Source: Octopus bimaculoides
Lineage: Eukaryota
Direction: 5' to 3'
Assembly: GCF_001194135.2 (NCBI RefSeq)
Contig: NC_068999.1
Span: forward strand, 53,440,761 to 53,476,684
DNA: 35,924 nucleotides
Shown: one piece after another, positions 11,704 to 23,599 of the stretch
Layout of the letters: every line of letters begins with the position of its first letter
Position numbering within the stretch: the first letter of the stretch is position 1
The notes under the pieces: model-generated
What the model was told of the DNA's origin: nothing
The model's database searches: none
The model's input: the letters and a program-made list of their open reading frames with translations, nothing else
Made by a program: the position numbers and the translations under genes

Positions 11704-12681
11704 CGTTCTTTGGTTTCTTCCGTGCAGCATCAACAAATGTCAGCGGGCAAATGACCATCCTGCCAAATTTCCCTTTAACTACTTGCAAGTAGGCTCCAGC
11801 AGCCAGCACTAGCTAACTGTCTCATGATACTATCTGAGCTTCAACTGACCAATGGAGGGGAAGGGTGCGTAGTTTTGGTCCACGCCCTCTCTAAACCTGC
11901 TTTCCAACAGTGTCATGTTAGTTTGCAAACCTATTCAACCCTTTTGTGTACATATATCTTCAAATGAAGGGACCTGCCTGTTTGTTAAATGACTGTTATT
12001 ACTTCACATGAACAAATGGCAAAGGTTCATCCAGGTCAAAGTTGAATGTAAAGCAGTGAGTGAATCACATTCACCTCAACACACTTTGCACAGTAGGGTC
12101 TTTTCTTTACTTTTTGATGAAATTTTATTTATTTATTATTTTTTTTTTTTTTGTCTTTGAAGGTGTGGTTTACCACATTGTCTAACCCCACACACATGTG
12201 CACACTCCAATAAAGATGATTCTCTATTCTCTGTTTGATTGCAGGACAGATTAAAAATAGTTTGGGGAATATTTCAGAGATTAAATATCGCTGTGCAATT
12301 TTGCAAGGTTTTAATTTAAATGTAGCTTTTGGTGCCCATTGTGAAGTATTTGTCTATGAGGTAGCAGCCATGGATGGGAGGGGTCTGAAAGTGACTTCTA
12401 CTGAGGTTGCAAAAAAAAAAAAAAATCAGTCTCCAAAAGGGGAGGATCAGTTTTGGAAATAGAATAGTTTTTGCTCCACCTTAAGTGAGCAGCCTTACCA
12501 TATATAGTGTTCCAGCTTTGACTGTCTTTTTTTTTTTTATGTTAGTGAGATTAATTGATTGTGTTTGTGTTAAGTCAAGAACTGGATCTGTTGTCTGATA
12601 TCAGGAGCCACATACATTTCATCAACTTTGTTCACACTACAGCAAGCTGATATAACTATTGTTACACACAAACACGTGTTT

Positions 12682-12726
<45 letters not shown>

Positions 12727-14440
12727 CATTCATTCATTCATTCATTCATTTATTTATTTGTTTTTCCATTTTTGCACGGGTTAGATTCAGAGGTTCTCAA
12801 TGCAGGCAGTACCATCTCTAAGGGGGCATTAGGCTTTAGAGGGCTCCGTAAGTGGTGCAGTGAGGTTAGCAATCAGCATACTAAATTTCACCTAAAGTAG
12901 TGCCTAAATTCAAACACCATCATTAAGGGTTATCATTATTGATATTATTATTATTATTATCACTATTGATATTATGACCCTATCTGCCATCAACCTCCAT
13001 TTCTATCATCCTCATCTTCATCATCATCAATAATACATGTCAATGAAACTATTTACTTAAGTTTCACTTTTTTATAATTATTTTTTTTTTTTTACTCAGG
13101 GAAACTAAATTTAGTTGTGGATGGAAAATAAGGATAACAGGAAGGTGCCAAGTGTCATTGTTAATATAGTTTGTTTTTAAGGAGTACACACATAGCAAAG
13201 GTCAACAGTAACCTTAGAAGTTGTCAGAGATGACAAATGTCAATGGTTTATCTTTATAGGGCTTAGAGGAGGTAAGAGCTTCCGAAAATAAATAAATAAC
13301 CCCCTTCCACTTCGGTACTTAATAGAAAGAGGCATTTGACCCAATATTAAGCAAGTTAATTAAAAAGAAAAGACAGTTTTACCCATTTTTTGAGTGTATT
13401 TTGTTGTTTCCAGCATGTAAAAGAAACCGTGTTGCTCTGCTGTGTGGTGGGGTGGGGTGGGGGGTGCCCCAGGCAGTGCTTTTGTGAGGATAGAACTTTT
13501 TGGTTTCCTGTATAAGTCGGTATAGGTTGTTTATTGGCTTGGAGGAAGGAAAAAAAATCAAGGGCTCTTCTGGGTGGTTCACTCTATCTACATAACTGTT
13601 ACGATATATACCTATCTATGTGAATTGTGTTTCTCTATATTTGCTGGCAACATTTTCAAGGTATATCTACACCTCTAACCAGACCCCCCCCCCCCCCCAA
13701 CAGATATGTAGCAAGGGCTGGAATAAGACTACTTTTGAGCAAGGGACTGTGTGTGTCCTGTCAGAACTCAAGAGGGAAGATTTTTTTTTTTTTCTTTAGG
13801 AGTTGGGGACAGGAGATAGCCATGGGGTGGACAGGAGGGTTTTGCAATCCCTCCTACCAAGATAACTGTACCCCACTCTTATAGGCTTTATCTCTAGTTA
13901 TTAGAATTGCCAATAGCCAAAACAGTTGGACATATTTTTATTGTTTTTGTGTAATTGGTTTATTTTTCTCATATAATCTTCGGTTTTCCCATCATATGAC
14001 GTAAATAACTTTCTAAAACAAAGGCAATTTTTTCTTTTTTTTTTGCTTCTCTTTTTTACACGGTGGAAAAGACCGCAAAATAAATTTTACTTTATAATCA
14101 TTGATAAAAACAATTTTGACCTTGGCTATGCTAGTGTGTGAGACAAAGATACAGAAACTGACTGAAGCTAATATGCATGGAAACAGTGGGAGAGCTCAAA
14201 TCCCACCAAAGTCAATTTTGCTCTTCGTTCTTTTAGGATCAATAAAAGAGAAAACCCATTTGAGACTAGATTGGCAGAACTGTAAGGAAGCTGGTCCAGA
14301 TACTTTGCAATAGTATTTGATTTGGCTCTTTGTACTCTGAGCTTAAATTTGGTCATAGAAAATCTGCTTCAATAAACTCTGTCTTACCCATGCAAGCATG
14401 GAAAAGTAGACATTACAATAAATGATGACATATATGTAAT

Positions 14441-14582
14441 AGGCTTTTTTCAGTTTCCAGCTACCAAATCCACTCACATGGCTTTGGTCAGCTTGGGGCT
14501 ATAGTAGGAGGCCCTTGGTGCCATGCAATGAGACTGAACCTGGAGCCATGTAATTGGGAATCAAGCCTCTTACCACACAACT
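14441..14582 (-). mobile_element. SINE family A, 5' half
   Basis: ttcagtttccagctaccaaatccactcac...ggctatagtag...gactgaacctggagccatgt...cttaccacaca, next to (TA)n. Confidence 0.8.
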
Positions 14583-14762
14583 ATATATATATATATATAT
14601 ATAAACAGGCATTGGTTAGTTTTTTTAAACTTCTAATTAATAATAGAGCATTCACAGTAATTAGATAGTTTAGTGGATTGACCTAATGTGAGCTGAATGA
14701 GAAAGAAAAGAGGAGAGGAGACACAGACTTTTGTATGTCACATGAACAACAACAACAAAAAA

Positions 14763-15795
14763 AACTGTCCTTCTGAAGCAGTGAAGCACCCTCAATGTGC
14801 TCTGCTGGATGACAATCACAGGGTGCAAGATAGATGAGGTAGCTTTTCAAACCTACATTCACAATGACATCTTTGACACTGAAGCCATGTAAACTGGTGC
14901 ATTGTTATGAAGAAGTGGGACACATGCACTCAACATTCTACATGCTTTGTCTTGGTACAGTCTCACTGATGACATAGCAATCAGGCATAATAGGCAGCTG
15001 TGGTTGTTCCCCCCTGTGACATGCAGTCAATTAACAGCACAACTTGGGAGTTATAGAAGATTGTACACATCAGCTTGCTTGCACTGAGTTGAACTTTGAA
15101 TTTCTTTGGTATCAGAGAGTGCTGTTGCTTCTACTAGCTGGGTTGTTCTTTTTTATTGGGTGTTACAGTGATGGATCTACATCCCATTTCTGGTTATTAA
15201 TTGCCAGTTGAACAGATCTCCGGTCCCATGCTTGAGATGGTGCTTTTTCTCAGCATACTGTCGGCATTCTCGGCTCTCCCGATTTGCAGACACTTTTGAC
15301 ACACTCAAATATTCATGAATGATTTAACATTCATTTGTCAGTCTCTCTTTATGAGACACTCAACATCATCATCATCATCATCATTTAACACCCATTTCCC
15401 ATCGTGACATGGGTTGGATGGTTTAGCAGGAGCAGGTGAACCAGAGGACTGTGCCAAGCTTCACTGTCCGTTTTGAATGGTTTCTATGGCTGGATGCTCT
15501 TCCTAACACCAACCACTCCACCAAGTGTACTGGATGGTTTTTATGTGGGCACCATTACCAGTGAGGAAGACAACAGCAAGGACATTTTCCTTCAAGGTTA
15601 CTATCATAGGATGGTCCAATCACAGTTTATTTCAAGGGACCCCAACTTTTGATAACACTCATCAGCCCAACATTTGACCACTGCATATGAAAAACAGTCC
15701 TTATGATACATATTTTGCAAGTGATCATAACTTTCATGCAGAACATTCTCTAGGGTCAAGATTTCAGTGACAGCTTTATGCTTCAATTTCTGATC
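14763..15795 (-). pseudogene. Decayed mariner (Tc1/mariner) transposase, split by an RTE tail insertion
   Basis: Minus-strand segments appear in mariner order: HKAVTEILTLE...SYAVVKCWA (15604-15786), IIHEYLSVSKVSA (~15285-15323), PKKFKVQLSASKLMCTIF..VLLID (~15030-15110), LLHNNAPVY, FEKLPH..LAPCD (~14815-14860). Many stops and frameshifts. Confidence 0.85.
15365..15566 (-). mobile_element. RTE-like LINE 3' tail with (CAT)n, inserted in the mariner remnant
   Basis: (cat)n ttaac...catgggttggatgg...tttctatggctggatgctcttcctaacaccaaccact matches 25967-26113 and the reverse complement of 26690-26884. Confidence 0.8.
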
Positions 15796-15856
15796 CTAAT
15801 TTTTGTTGCTCATTATTTGCTGCAGAAATGTAAATCACAAGAAAATATCCAAATGT

Positions 15857-16238
15857 TGTTGGCACTCTGTCGGTTACGACGACGAGGGTTCCAGTTGATC
15901 CGGTCAACAGAACAGCTTGCTCGTGAAATTAATGTGCAAGTGGCTGAGCACTCCACAGACACGTGTACCCTTAACGTAGTTCTCGGGGATATTCAGCATG
16001 ACACAGTGTGACAAGGCTGGCCCCTTTGAAATACAGGTGCAACAGAAACAGGAAGATAGAATGAGAGAAAGTTGTGGTGAAAGAGTACAGCAGGGTTCAC
16101 CACCATCCCCTGCTGGAGCCTTGTGGAGCCTTAAGTGTTTTCGCTCAATAAACACTCACAACGTCCGGTCTGGAATCGAAACCGTGATCCTACAACTGCA
16201 AGTCCGCTGCCCTAACCACTGGGCCATTGCGCCTCCAC
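15857..16238 (-). mobile_element. Full-length tRNA-derived SINE, family C, with exact 10-bp TSD
   Basis: Minus-strand head gtggaggcgcaatggcccagtggttagggcagcgg...ggtttcgattcc (A and B boxes). TSD atccaaatgt at 15847-15856 and 16239-16248. CpG-rich. Confidence 0.92.
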
Positions 16239-16679
16239 ATCCAAATGTATGTATGTATTTGTATATGTGCATATATGTGTGTGTGATCCCTGCTTCTCAG
16301 ACTTATGCAATTGTATGGTATTTGTAGTGCTTGGTGTGATGGTGATTGTAGCAGTGGTCATGGTGATATTCCTGACAATGGTGCTGATGTTCCTGGCGGT
16401 GGTGATGATGATGATGATGATGATGAAGTGTTGTTGTCATTGGATGAGTCAATCAATGACAAATGGATTTCCGTTATTTTCTTCCTTTCTGCTTTTTGAG
16501 AAACAGGAAAGAAAAAACAGAAGATATAGTCCCTCCTTCTCTCTCTCTCTCTCACACACACACACTTATGCACTTACATTCACCTACACACCTACATACA
16601 CACACCTTCATCTATACACATGAATCAATATTTATCTCTAGGTTTAAGATTTCATAGTTTCTTTTGCCTTGTCATAGCA

Positions 16680-16727
<48 letters not shown>

Positions 16728-16885
16728 NNNNNNNNNNNNNNNNNNNNNNNNNNNNNNNNNNNNNNNNNNNNNNNNNNNNNNNNNNNNNNNNNNNNNNNNN
16801 NNNNNNNNNNNNNNNNNNNNNNNNNNNNNNNNNNNNNNNNNNNNNNNNNNNNNNNNNNNNNNNNNNNNNNNNNNNNNNNNNNNNN
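16728..16885. other. Assembly gap (158 N) inside (TA)n
   Basis: N-run flanked by TA repeats. Confidence 1.
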
Positions 16886-16935
<50 letters not shown>

Positions 16936-18061
16936 TTTTCTAGAGTTATATATATGCATGAAGCTGTTTAAACAAATATGAAATTTACATATACACACAC
17001 ACATATTTTGCAAATCTATTTATAATACATACATACGTACACATGTATATGTGCATATGTATGTATGTATGTGTGTGTGTGTGTGTGTGTAAGAGATGAT
17101 TACAAGATTACATTACATGTAATCTTCAGCTTCAAATATATGGCTCTCTACTGGGTATTGAACCTCTTTCATTTCATACTTGTATTACATTTGTGTGTAT
17201 GTGTTTTTGTAGGCAAATATATATTTTTGTTTTTGTTTAAGCATACACACATTAAATATCATTTGTTTAAACACCTTCATACATATTAAATTAGTGCTAA
17301 AATACATCCTTCATCATGGTTGAAGTTTGTGTCTAATACAGTATCAAAACAGCAGACATGAAAGAGCATTATTAGATTATTATGATAATGATGACAATGA
17401 TTTAAGAGTCATTAATACATTTAGCTGTGGTGTCTCCCTCTTTCTCACTCAGCTTCAAGTTTTAGGTTTTAGATCTCAAATTGTTTGAATATCACTGATG
17501 TAATGACATATGATAGAGTAATGTGATAATTAGCCATACTACATATCTATCCAACCCATGTTCTCATGCCAACATGGAAAAACTAAACATTACAACTACT
17601 AAAGCATTGATGATGATGATGATGATGATGATGATAATCAGCTTGACATTTCATGTTGGCATGGGTTTGTTAGGTTATTAAATATTCATATTTACACACA
17701 ATTGTTGGAGCTAGTGATTTTCACAGCAGCAAGTTCAATGTTTTCATTACTTCCTGGCTCTAACCACCTAACTATGAAGCAAGCAAGGCTATTGTTTCAA
17801 TAGTCCCGTCAATCAAACCCTGTATAATCACATGGCTGTCTGCTGCCCGACTGTGTAATAATGTTGAAGAGATTAATGTGTTATTTTATAATAAAAAAAA
17901 TTTTTTTTAATTGAAAAAAAAAAAGCAATATGGTTTAATATGATACTTCTTAGCAATCTAACCCATGCAAGCAGAGTAAAAGTGGACATTAAAATGATGT
18001 TGATGATTGATGAATGACATCTTAGTTTCAATAATTTCAAATAAATTACATTGTAATAATA

Positions 18062-18478
18062 ATCTTTTCTGCTATAGGCACAAAGCCTGAAATTGGAGGG
18101 GGGGGGGCTAGTCGATTACATCGCCTCCCCCCAAAGTGTTTCACTGGTACTTTAATTTATCAACCCTGAAAGGATGAAAAGCAAAGTCAACCTTGGTGGA
18201 ATTTGAACTTGGAACGTAGCGACAGGCAAAATACCACAAAGCATTTCGTCCAGCGTGCTAACGATTCTGCCAGCTCGCCACCATAATAATAAAAAATAAT
18301 GATTTCATGTTTTGGCAAAAGGTCAGCAATTTAGGATGGGGGTCAATTACATCAACCCCTAGTACTTATGCTCTCGACCTCAAAAGAATGAAAGGCAAAG
18401 TTGACCTCAGTGGAATTTGAACTCAGAATATATATAGAGAGAAAACTGCTTAGCAATATTTCATCCAGTATGAATCAC
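18062..18478 (-). mobile_element. Two head-to-tail SINE family D copies (18062-18282 well preserved, 18301-18478 degenerate)
   Basis: Minus-strand head ggtggcgagctggcagaatcgttagcacgc...aagttcaaattcc. Second copy shares gcaaagttgacctcagtggaatttgaactcagaa. Flanked by (AAT)n. Confidence 0.82.
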
Positions 18479-19110
18479 TACCATCCTAATAAACCCCTCT
18501 GTTGTAACCCTTTTTTTGCAGTTGAGAGATCAGGTTATATTATCCTTGGGGGTTTCATCTTCAAAATGATCTCATCTTATCGGGGAAAGACAGAGAATTG
18601 CTACAATGACTGATCGTGTCTCTTTCTCTTGCTTCTCTCTCTCTCTCACTTTTCCCTCTCACCTCTCTCTCTCTCATTGGCTGATTAATAACTTAAGCAA
18701 GGATGTTGTATTGGTCATCATCATGAAACATTCCAACAAAAATATTATAAATTAATGGTCAATATTTTCTAGTGGATGATCTAATAAAAATCATAATCTC
18801 CAATCATGTTCCAGTCATTGGAGTGTGGCCATACTGGGATATAACCATGACTGGTTTATACACACGCACACACACACATGCACACACACACGCACACACA
18901 CACACACACATACACACATATATGACAAAGTAATCTGAAGACTAAAGGGTTAAATCAGCTAAACATTTCTTGTCTTCAGACTTAGTATATACAGAGAATA
19001 GCTACTTGTTGTTTCTGCGCCTGAAGTTCAAATCCTTCCTGCATATCCTACCCGAAGGAACTTGCCTCCTTTGTATATCTTTTATCTTTTTTTTTTTTTT
19101 TTTTTTTTTT

Positions 19111-19463
19111 AGTCATTAGACTGTGGGCATGCTGGGGCACTCCCTTGGGGAGTTTTTAGTCCAATGAATCAACCCCATTATTTTTTTTTTTTAAGCCTGA
19201 TACTTATTCTATCGATCACTTTTGCTAAACCACTAAGTTACACAGATGTAAGCAACCTGACACTGGATGTCAAGCAGTTGTGGGGAACAAACACAGACAC
19301 AAAGGCACACACATGATAGGCTTCTTTCAGTTTCCATCTACCACGCACAAGGCTTTGGTTGGCCTGGGGCTACAGTAGAAGACACCTGCCTAAGGTACCT
19401 CACAGTGGGACTGAACCCAGAACCATGTGGTAGGGAAACAAACTTCTTGCCACACCTGCACCT
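19111..19463 (-). mobile_element. SINE family A, near full length
   Basis: agtcattagactgtgggcatgctgg...tacttattctatcg...cttctttcagtttccatctacc...cagtgggactgaacccagaaccatgtgg. Confidence 0.87.
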
Positions 19464-19485
19464 GGGGGAGTCATAGCTGAGAGTA

Positions 19486-19541
19486 ATACTATTCCTGCTC
19501 CAACGTAAGTTGAGTCTGTTATGTTGGAGTAGGAATAGTAT
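19486..19541 (+). other. 23-bp stem-loop; pre-miRNA-like candidate
   Basis: atactattcctgctccaacgtaa, 10-nt loop gttgagtctg, ttatgttggagtaggaatagtat. Fully paired with two G-U wobbles on the + strand. Confidence refers to the structure; function is unknown. Confidence 0.6.
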
Positions 19542-20292
19542 GGACCTGATGAATCCAGAGGAGAAGATTCCATTGTAGTTTTAGTCAAAGGTGGTTGCAA
19601 TTTGAGAAAAGTGAAAAAAAAAGTCTGCACTGATCCAGAAGGAGCGAAGGGCTTAATCAACAAAAAGAAAATACCCAACACATGTCAGCATTGAAAAGTG
19701 AGTGTAAAACAAACATGTGCATAAACTCACACATGCATGCATGCATGCATATTCACGTGCATAAAATGTAATTATGAGGGAAATAACTGCACTCGTTTTA
19801 TCGAGATTCGTAAATCTCTCTATAAACCAGCTTTCCAATGTGAAGGGGTTGCTAATTGTCCATTTGGGAATCTCCACTGGCAGCCACCCCGTCCTCCTGC
19901 TCCTGCAGCACAGACATATTTCTAACCATCCAGTTCCCATATCCCTCATCTCTCAAGTACACCCTCCCCCTCTCCCATTAATACACGATTGCTGCTCGTT
20001 TTATTCTATATTACATTTTCATTAACACCTGTTAATAGTGTGTATATGTGCATGTGTTTGTATGCACCTGTATGCTTGTATATGGTCTGCACATGCACAT
20101 ACCTGTACATATGTGTATTCATGTACATGTATATATATCTATGTGCATTTCCATTTACTTATTTTTTCACTCTACCTTATGTATTTTACAATCTTTCAAA
20201 ATCATTAATCTTTTCCATACATCTACATTCTCATTCACACTCACCTGCACAGATTTTCATCTTTATAAAAGCTGAAGATGCTTGTGTATGTA

Positions 20293-20328
<36 letters not shown>

Positions 20329-20360
20329 AACTGCAGCTATTGTAATGATCCATCTGTGTG

Positions 20361-20393
<33 letters not shown>

Positions 20394-20740
20394 ATGTGTG
20401 TGTATGTATATATATGTGTGTGTGTATATATATGTATTTGTAGATTTGTGTGATGTATGTGTGAGATGCTTTGGTTTTCATTTAGAAGCTGAGGGTATGC
20501 TGTAATAATGTATGAATCTGTTGTAGTCTCTCTTCCCCCTCCCCCCATCCATCCATCCCAACACTCTCTAGTTATCTGTGTCTGCTTCATTCATTCATTC
20601 ATTCATGTAAAAATCTCTTATCTCATTACCGAAAAATAAAAAAGAAAAAAAGAAAATTCAACCTCCACACCTCCAAACTATCACACTACAAACACACACA
20701 CACACAGTACACTATGCATAATTATATACACACACACACA

Positions 20741-21255
20741 CATACACACAATGCACTATGCAGCTCTGTCTCCTACCCCCCCCCCGCTCTCCCTGCACTA
20801 TATCCATAGTAGATATATTTACTTAGCGTAAGTAAAAAATTTAGATTTATCTTATTTTATATATTAAATTAAAGCTTTATTACACTACTTATTGTTATTT
20901 AGTCTCATTCCTCTTCCTCTTTTTGTTGCCGGAGTTCTTTCGAAATGGAAACTTGCCATTTTTAGAGACGGAACTTCTCTTCCCCCCCCCCCCNNNNNNN
21001 NNNCATACACACAATGCACTATGCAGCTCTGTCTCCTACCCCCCCCCCGCTCTCCCTGCACTATATCCATAGTAGATATATTTACTTAGCGTAAGTAAAA
21101 AATTTAGATTTATCTTATTTTATATATTAAATTAAAGCTTTATTACACTACTTATTGTTATTTAGTCTCATTCCTCTTCCTCTTTTTGTTGCCGGAGTTC
21201 TTTCGAAATGGAAACTTGCCATTTTTAGAGACGGAACTTCTCTTCCCCCCCCCCC
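20741..21255 (+). repeat. ~252-bp near-exact direct duplication around a 10-N gap (20994-21003); probable assembly artefact
   Basis: 20741-20993 and 21004-21255 differ only in poly-C length. Confidence 0.9.
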
Positions 21256-21289
21256 TACTTAAATTTCTGCTGCTATCCAATTTTCTAGT

Positions 21290-21600
21290 GTTATTGGCTG
21301 GTGGTGATTGTTGTTGGGTAGATGTTATTGGTGGTGGTGAAATGTTTATTTTTTTTAGTATAGTGATGATGATGAAGATAGTGGCAGTGGTTGCATTCAT
21401 AATGATAGTAGTGACGGTGGTTCGTGGTTGTGTTTAGGGTGGTGGTGGTGGTGGTGACGGTAGTTGTGTTGATAGTTTTGGTTATAGTAGTAGTGGTGAT
21501 GATAGAGTTAATGGTAGTGGTTTATTCATGATGATAGTGGTGACGATGGTGAAGTAAATGGTAGTGATTTATGTTGGTGGTGGTGGTGGTAGTGGTTCTA
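21290..21600. repeat. (GGT/GAT/AGT)-rich low-complexity tract
   Basis: Degenerate trinucleotide repeats; similar tracts at ~3240-3460 and ~4130-4200. Confidence 0.8.
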
Positions 21601-22452
21601 TTCATCTGTACTAGTGTTTTCTTTTTCTTTTTCCATTCTTGTCTCTTGTTGATGGAATCAGAAAAAGAAATTAATAAAATCAGCAATGAGACGGGAAAGG
21701 AATGAATGGAGAATTATGTTTCTCCTATTTTTTTATTTACTAAAAAGACATATTTAAAAAAAAAGAAAAAGTGTCTGTCTTTTCTTTGGTGTATTGGAAT
21801 ATCTTTACCCTCTCTCTCTCTCTCCACCCCCACCCCTCGTGTTAGTAAACAGACAATGGGGTTTAGATGTTTTGGTAGCCAGATCTTTTAACTGGTTCAT
21901 AGCCTCAGTCACACACACTTAACTAAATTAACAGAGGATTGAACCACCAACCATTGACTTACTTTCATCAACCAATTTCATTTTTATCTACAAAGCACTT
22001 CCTATTTGCCACATTCTACCCCTCTCTCTCTATTTATCTATATATATACACTCACACATGTGTTATATATGTATGCATGTATGTATGTATGTATGTATAC
22101 GCACATACACTTCTCCCTCTTGCACTCATTCCTTGTCTCCTTTTTGCCTCTGTTTTCTCTACTTTTCTCTCTGTTTCTGTTCTTTCAGGCTTTCCTCTCC
22201 TCACTCTCTTTGTCTCTCTCCCTTTGTATCTGTCTTCCCCCTTTGCATTTCTCATTTGCTTCTCTTTCCTTCTTTATCTCTTTCTCCTCGTACCTTCCAC
22301 TTTCCTCTTTACTTTATCTTAAGGGTTTTTAAAGTTTACTCTTTCTGTTTCACTTTTGTTTAGCCCCGGATCTGCCTTTATAGAAACCCTTCCGGTTCCA
22401 GCATAGTTCACCCAGGACCTTGTTATGCAATTTCTCTCTCTCTCTCTCACTC

Positions 22453-22595
22453 ATACCAGTGCCACATAAAGTGCACCCAGTGCCACTCTGTAAAGTAGTT
22501 GGCATTAGGAAGGGCATCCAGTCATAGAAACCAAGCCAAGACGGACAAATAGAGCCTGGTGCAGCTCTTCAGCTGGAAAACAGATGATGATGACA
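22453..22595 (+). mobile_element. RTE-like LINE 3' tail fragment
   Basis: gttggcattaggaagggcatccagtcatagaaaccaagccaa...cctggtgcagctc...gatgatgatg matches 26720-26884. Confidence 0.72.
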
Positions 22596-23599
22596 GATGG
22601 GTGTGATGTGGAGGAAATTTGACTGCTATTTCTAACATGTTGAGCAACCACATATTTAGCCATATGTCTATGTACATGCATTTGTAACCCATTTTGTTGT
22701 GGATGGCCAAGTTCAAATCAGATGCTGGTTGTTTTGTTAACCTATTTTTAACCAAAAGAATCAGTCTACATTGATTCATTTCATCTGGTACAGTAAAGTA
22801 CCTTTCTACAGGGGTGAAAGGGATTTATCTCTCCTTCACTTAAATGCCATGACATCAGAGTACAGCAATGGTTCTTAAAAACCCAGGAAACCCAGATGTT
22901 TTAACATCTACTTTTCCATCCTTGCATGTGTTAGATGAGATTTCATTGAGGTAGAATTTTCTGTGGCTGGAGGCACTGCCTATTGCCAACTCTCACCTGT
23001 TACCAAGCAAGGTAATATTTCACCTTGTTTATCAAACAATGAACAAGTTGGATATGCTTTCCTGGAAGATTGTGAAAGTAAAAAAAAAAAAGCACTGTTT
23101 GTATGAACAGTAACTCTTTGTTTACACAATCAGTAGTTCACACATCAAGATAAGGGTAATGCACTTCCAGTCTCTCCATCTCTCTCTCTCTCTCTCTCTC
23201 TAACACACACACACACATGCATGTATATGTGTATATACATGTATGCATGTGTATGCTTGTATATATACATATATATATATGTGTGTGTGTATACATGTGT
23301 ATCTGGATACATATATGTATGTGTATATACATGCAAATATGTGTGTATATAAATGCATTTATATGTACATATATACATCTATATGTGTGTGTGTATGATG
23401 GGCTGCTTCCGGTTTCTGTCCACCAGATTTTACTCACACAATATTGGTCAACCTACAACTGTAATACAGAACACCAGCCAACAGCATCCAAGAAGTAGGA
23501 GAGGGCTTAATACCATGTTGTTCTAAAGTGGTCACCTTAGCCACACAACCACTATCAGTTTACTCTCTGAGAGTACCAATAGCCAAGTGCTTGAGGTAC

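Noticed and set aside
16150-16238. tRNA genes at SINE heads (also 10087, 33530-33611, 9035, 27391)
   Set aside because: A/B boxes are present but continue directly into SINE bodies, and I could not build a convincing cloverleaf.
18521-18532. 12-nt micro-exon candidate after ttttttgcag, and similar AG/GT pairs near 12244, 30131 and 34167
   Set aside because: Weak donors or immediate stops, no compositional support, and such pairs are expected by chance in long introns.
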